This document shows positions 62,586 to 64,000 of a stretch of 64,000 bases of DNA, in pieces (within the stretch, counting starts at the first letter, position 1; the number at the start of each line of letters is the position of its first letter). The stretch covers positions 54,126,001-54,190,000 of the forward strand of contig OX597814.1 in NCBI GenBank assembly GCA_951406725.2. Reading direction: 5' to 3'. The notes under the pieces were generated by a model. The model worked only from the letters and a program-made list of their open reading frames with translations. It made no database searches and was not told the origin of the DNA. The stretch is from Octopus vulgaris (lineage: Eukaryota). Made by a program: the position numbers and the translations under genes.

Positions 62586-63853
62586 GTGAGTAATAATCAA
62601 TTTTAAATGTGGATTTCCGCATGTTTTTCAGCATGAAAATTATAAATAGCTCTTGAATGGCTGACTTAATCCACTTAAAACTGTTGAGAATCAGTTTAAT
62701 TAATTACAAAAAAAAACAAAAAAACATTTTATTTTACTTTCTTTGCATGCTTGCATTTTATTTTTACTTTTCCTTTCGAGTAGATTTAATGTTAAAAAAA
62801 GTCCAGTTATTTCTGCTGAAGAACCAGACAAATTTATGTACTATACAAAAGGTTAAGGAGTATGCTTTTAATAAGAAAAGCAAAACAATATAAATTAGTG
62901 GTGAGAACAAAAATTTTCAGTTTTTCAGGCAAATAAGGTTTCTAATGAAACTATTTCTTGTCAAGTTATTTTCGAATAGATTAAACTCTCCAATGTATAA
63001 TTTACATTTTAGTTACTTCCACATTACAGTCCAAGAACCAGTTGGTGAGATAACGAAAGATAGTCTACAAAGTGGTTTGCAACCTCTTCATTATCAAAAT
63101 CCCTGCATCTTGTTAAATTTCTTCTAACTGCTTAAAGTTTTTTAAATTTTCACCAGAAATTTTTTTTTAATGTAGTTTTGCATGCTGATGATAAAAATTG
63201 CATTTATTTTTTCCAGAATTTAATCATAAAGAAGCTACAAGCATTTAAAGTTAATTTTAGCAAATTGAAAATGTCCACTGCCAACATATCGAAAGTCATA
63301 ACTGTCTATTGTTATAGAAAGCAAAGACGACAAATGAAAATGAAACCTTTACACGGTCTCTCAACCTGCTAGAAATAACACCCAAATCTTCGTTAAACTA
63401 CACCATAACATCTAGAAACCAAAAGAGCAACACATCATATAAAGTAGTAGGCGGGGTAATGGTCTTTTCGTTTGTAATTAGAGCACCAAGATGTTGTAAT
63501 ATGGTCTTAAATTTATAATAGTACTAAATATATTTATTATATGTAATCATAAGCAATGCTGTGTATGTATTTGCTATTAATACATATGATGTGTTTAAAA
63601 TTAATTTCTAGAGAAAATGAATGCTATTTTCTTCACCAGCATGTAAGACAACATTAGAACTGCACTTAAAAAAATAATAATAATGTGGTGAAAGTTGGAA
63701 AAACTTCAGGTGGTTGGAAATTTAACAAGATCCAAGGCTCTTTTTTTTATCTAAATTAATTTTCACACAGACACCAGGGTTTTGAAAAGCCTGTCTACTG
63801 AATAAGCCAATTTTATTAACAACATAATTCATTTTCCTAGTTTTATTTTTCAG

Positions 63854-64000
63854 GCATGGTTGTGTGGTAAGACGCTTCCTTACTATCCACATGATTCCAG
63901 ATTGGGTTCAGTCCCACTGCGTGGCACCTTGTATAAATGTCTTCTACTATAGCCTCAGGCCGATCAAAGCCTTATGAGTGGATTTGATAGATGGCAATTG
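63854..64000 (+). mobile_element. Family-B SINE head, running off the window
   Basis: GGCATGGTTGTGTGGTAAG...GGGTTCAGTCCCACTGCGTGGCACCTTG. Confidence 0.85.

Noticed and set aside
1-64000. CRISPR arrays, operons, rRNA
   Set aside because: Eukaryotic repeat-rich DNA; no regularly spaced repeat-spacer array or rRNA similarity seen.

Overview
AT-rich, repeat-dominated eukaryotic DNA whose SINE, LINE and microsatellite content looks like an octopus (coleoid cephalopod) genome; the taxon is an inference. No intact host protein-coding exon is recognisable, and most track ORFs are microsatellite or repeat artefacts. A CpG-rich housekeeping-type promoter at ~32.3-32.8 kb (NRF1, ETS, E2F and YY1 motifs) appears to start a + strand gene with a long, repeat-filled 5' region and candidate non-coding exons near 36.3, 40.0, 46.4 and 62.5 kb. 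The rest is several tRNA-derived SINE families, RTE/BovB-like, CR1/Jockey-like and Penelope-like retroelement remnants, non-autonomous Helitrons, Tigger and Tc1/mariner transposase remnants, and hAT-, piggyBac- and Merlin-like MITEs. The most notable signals are structural. (i) About eight minimal type-I hammerhead-ribozyme motifs from several Penelope-like families, some with a CCGANGA core variant, and one near-canonical sense copy ~0.9 kb upstream of a candidate exon. (ii) A ~405-bp inverted duplication that loops out a transposon-derived cryptic exon. (iii) Several foldback elements and a pre-miRNA-sized hairpin. All calls were made by eye, without alignment or folding software.
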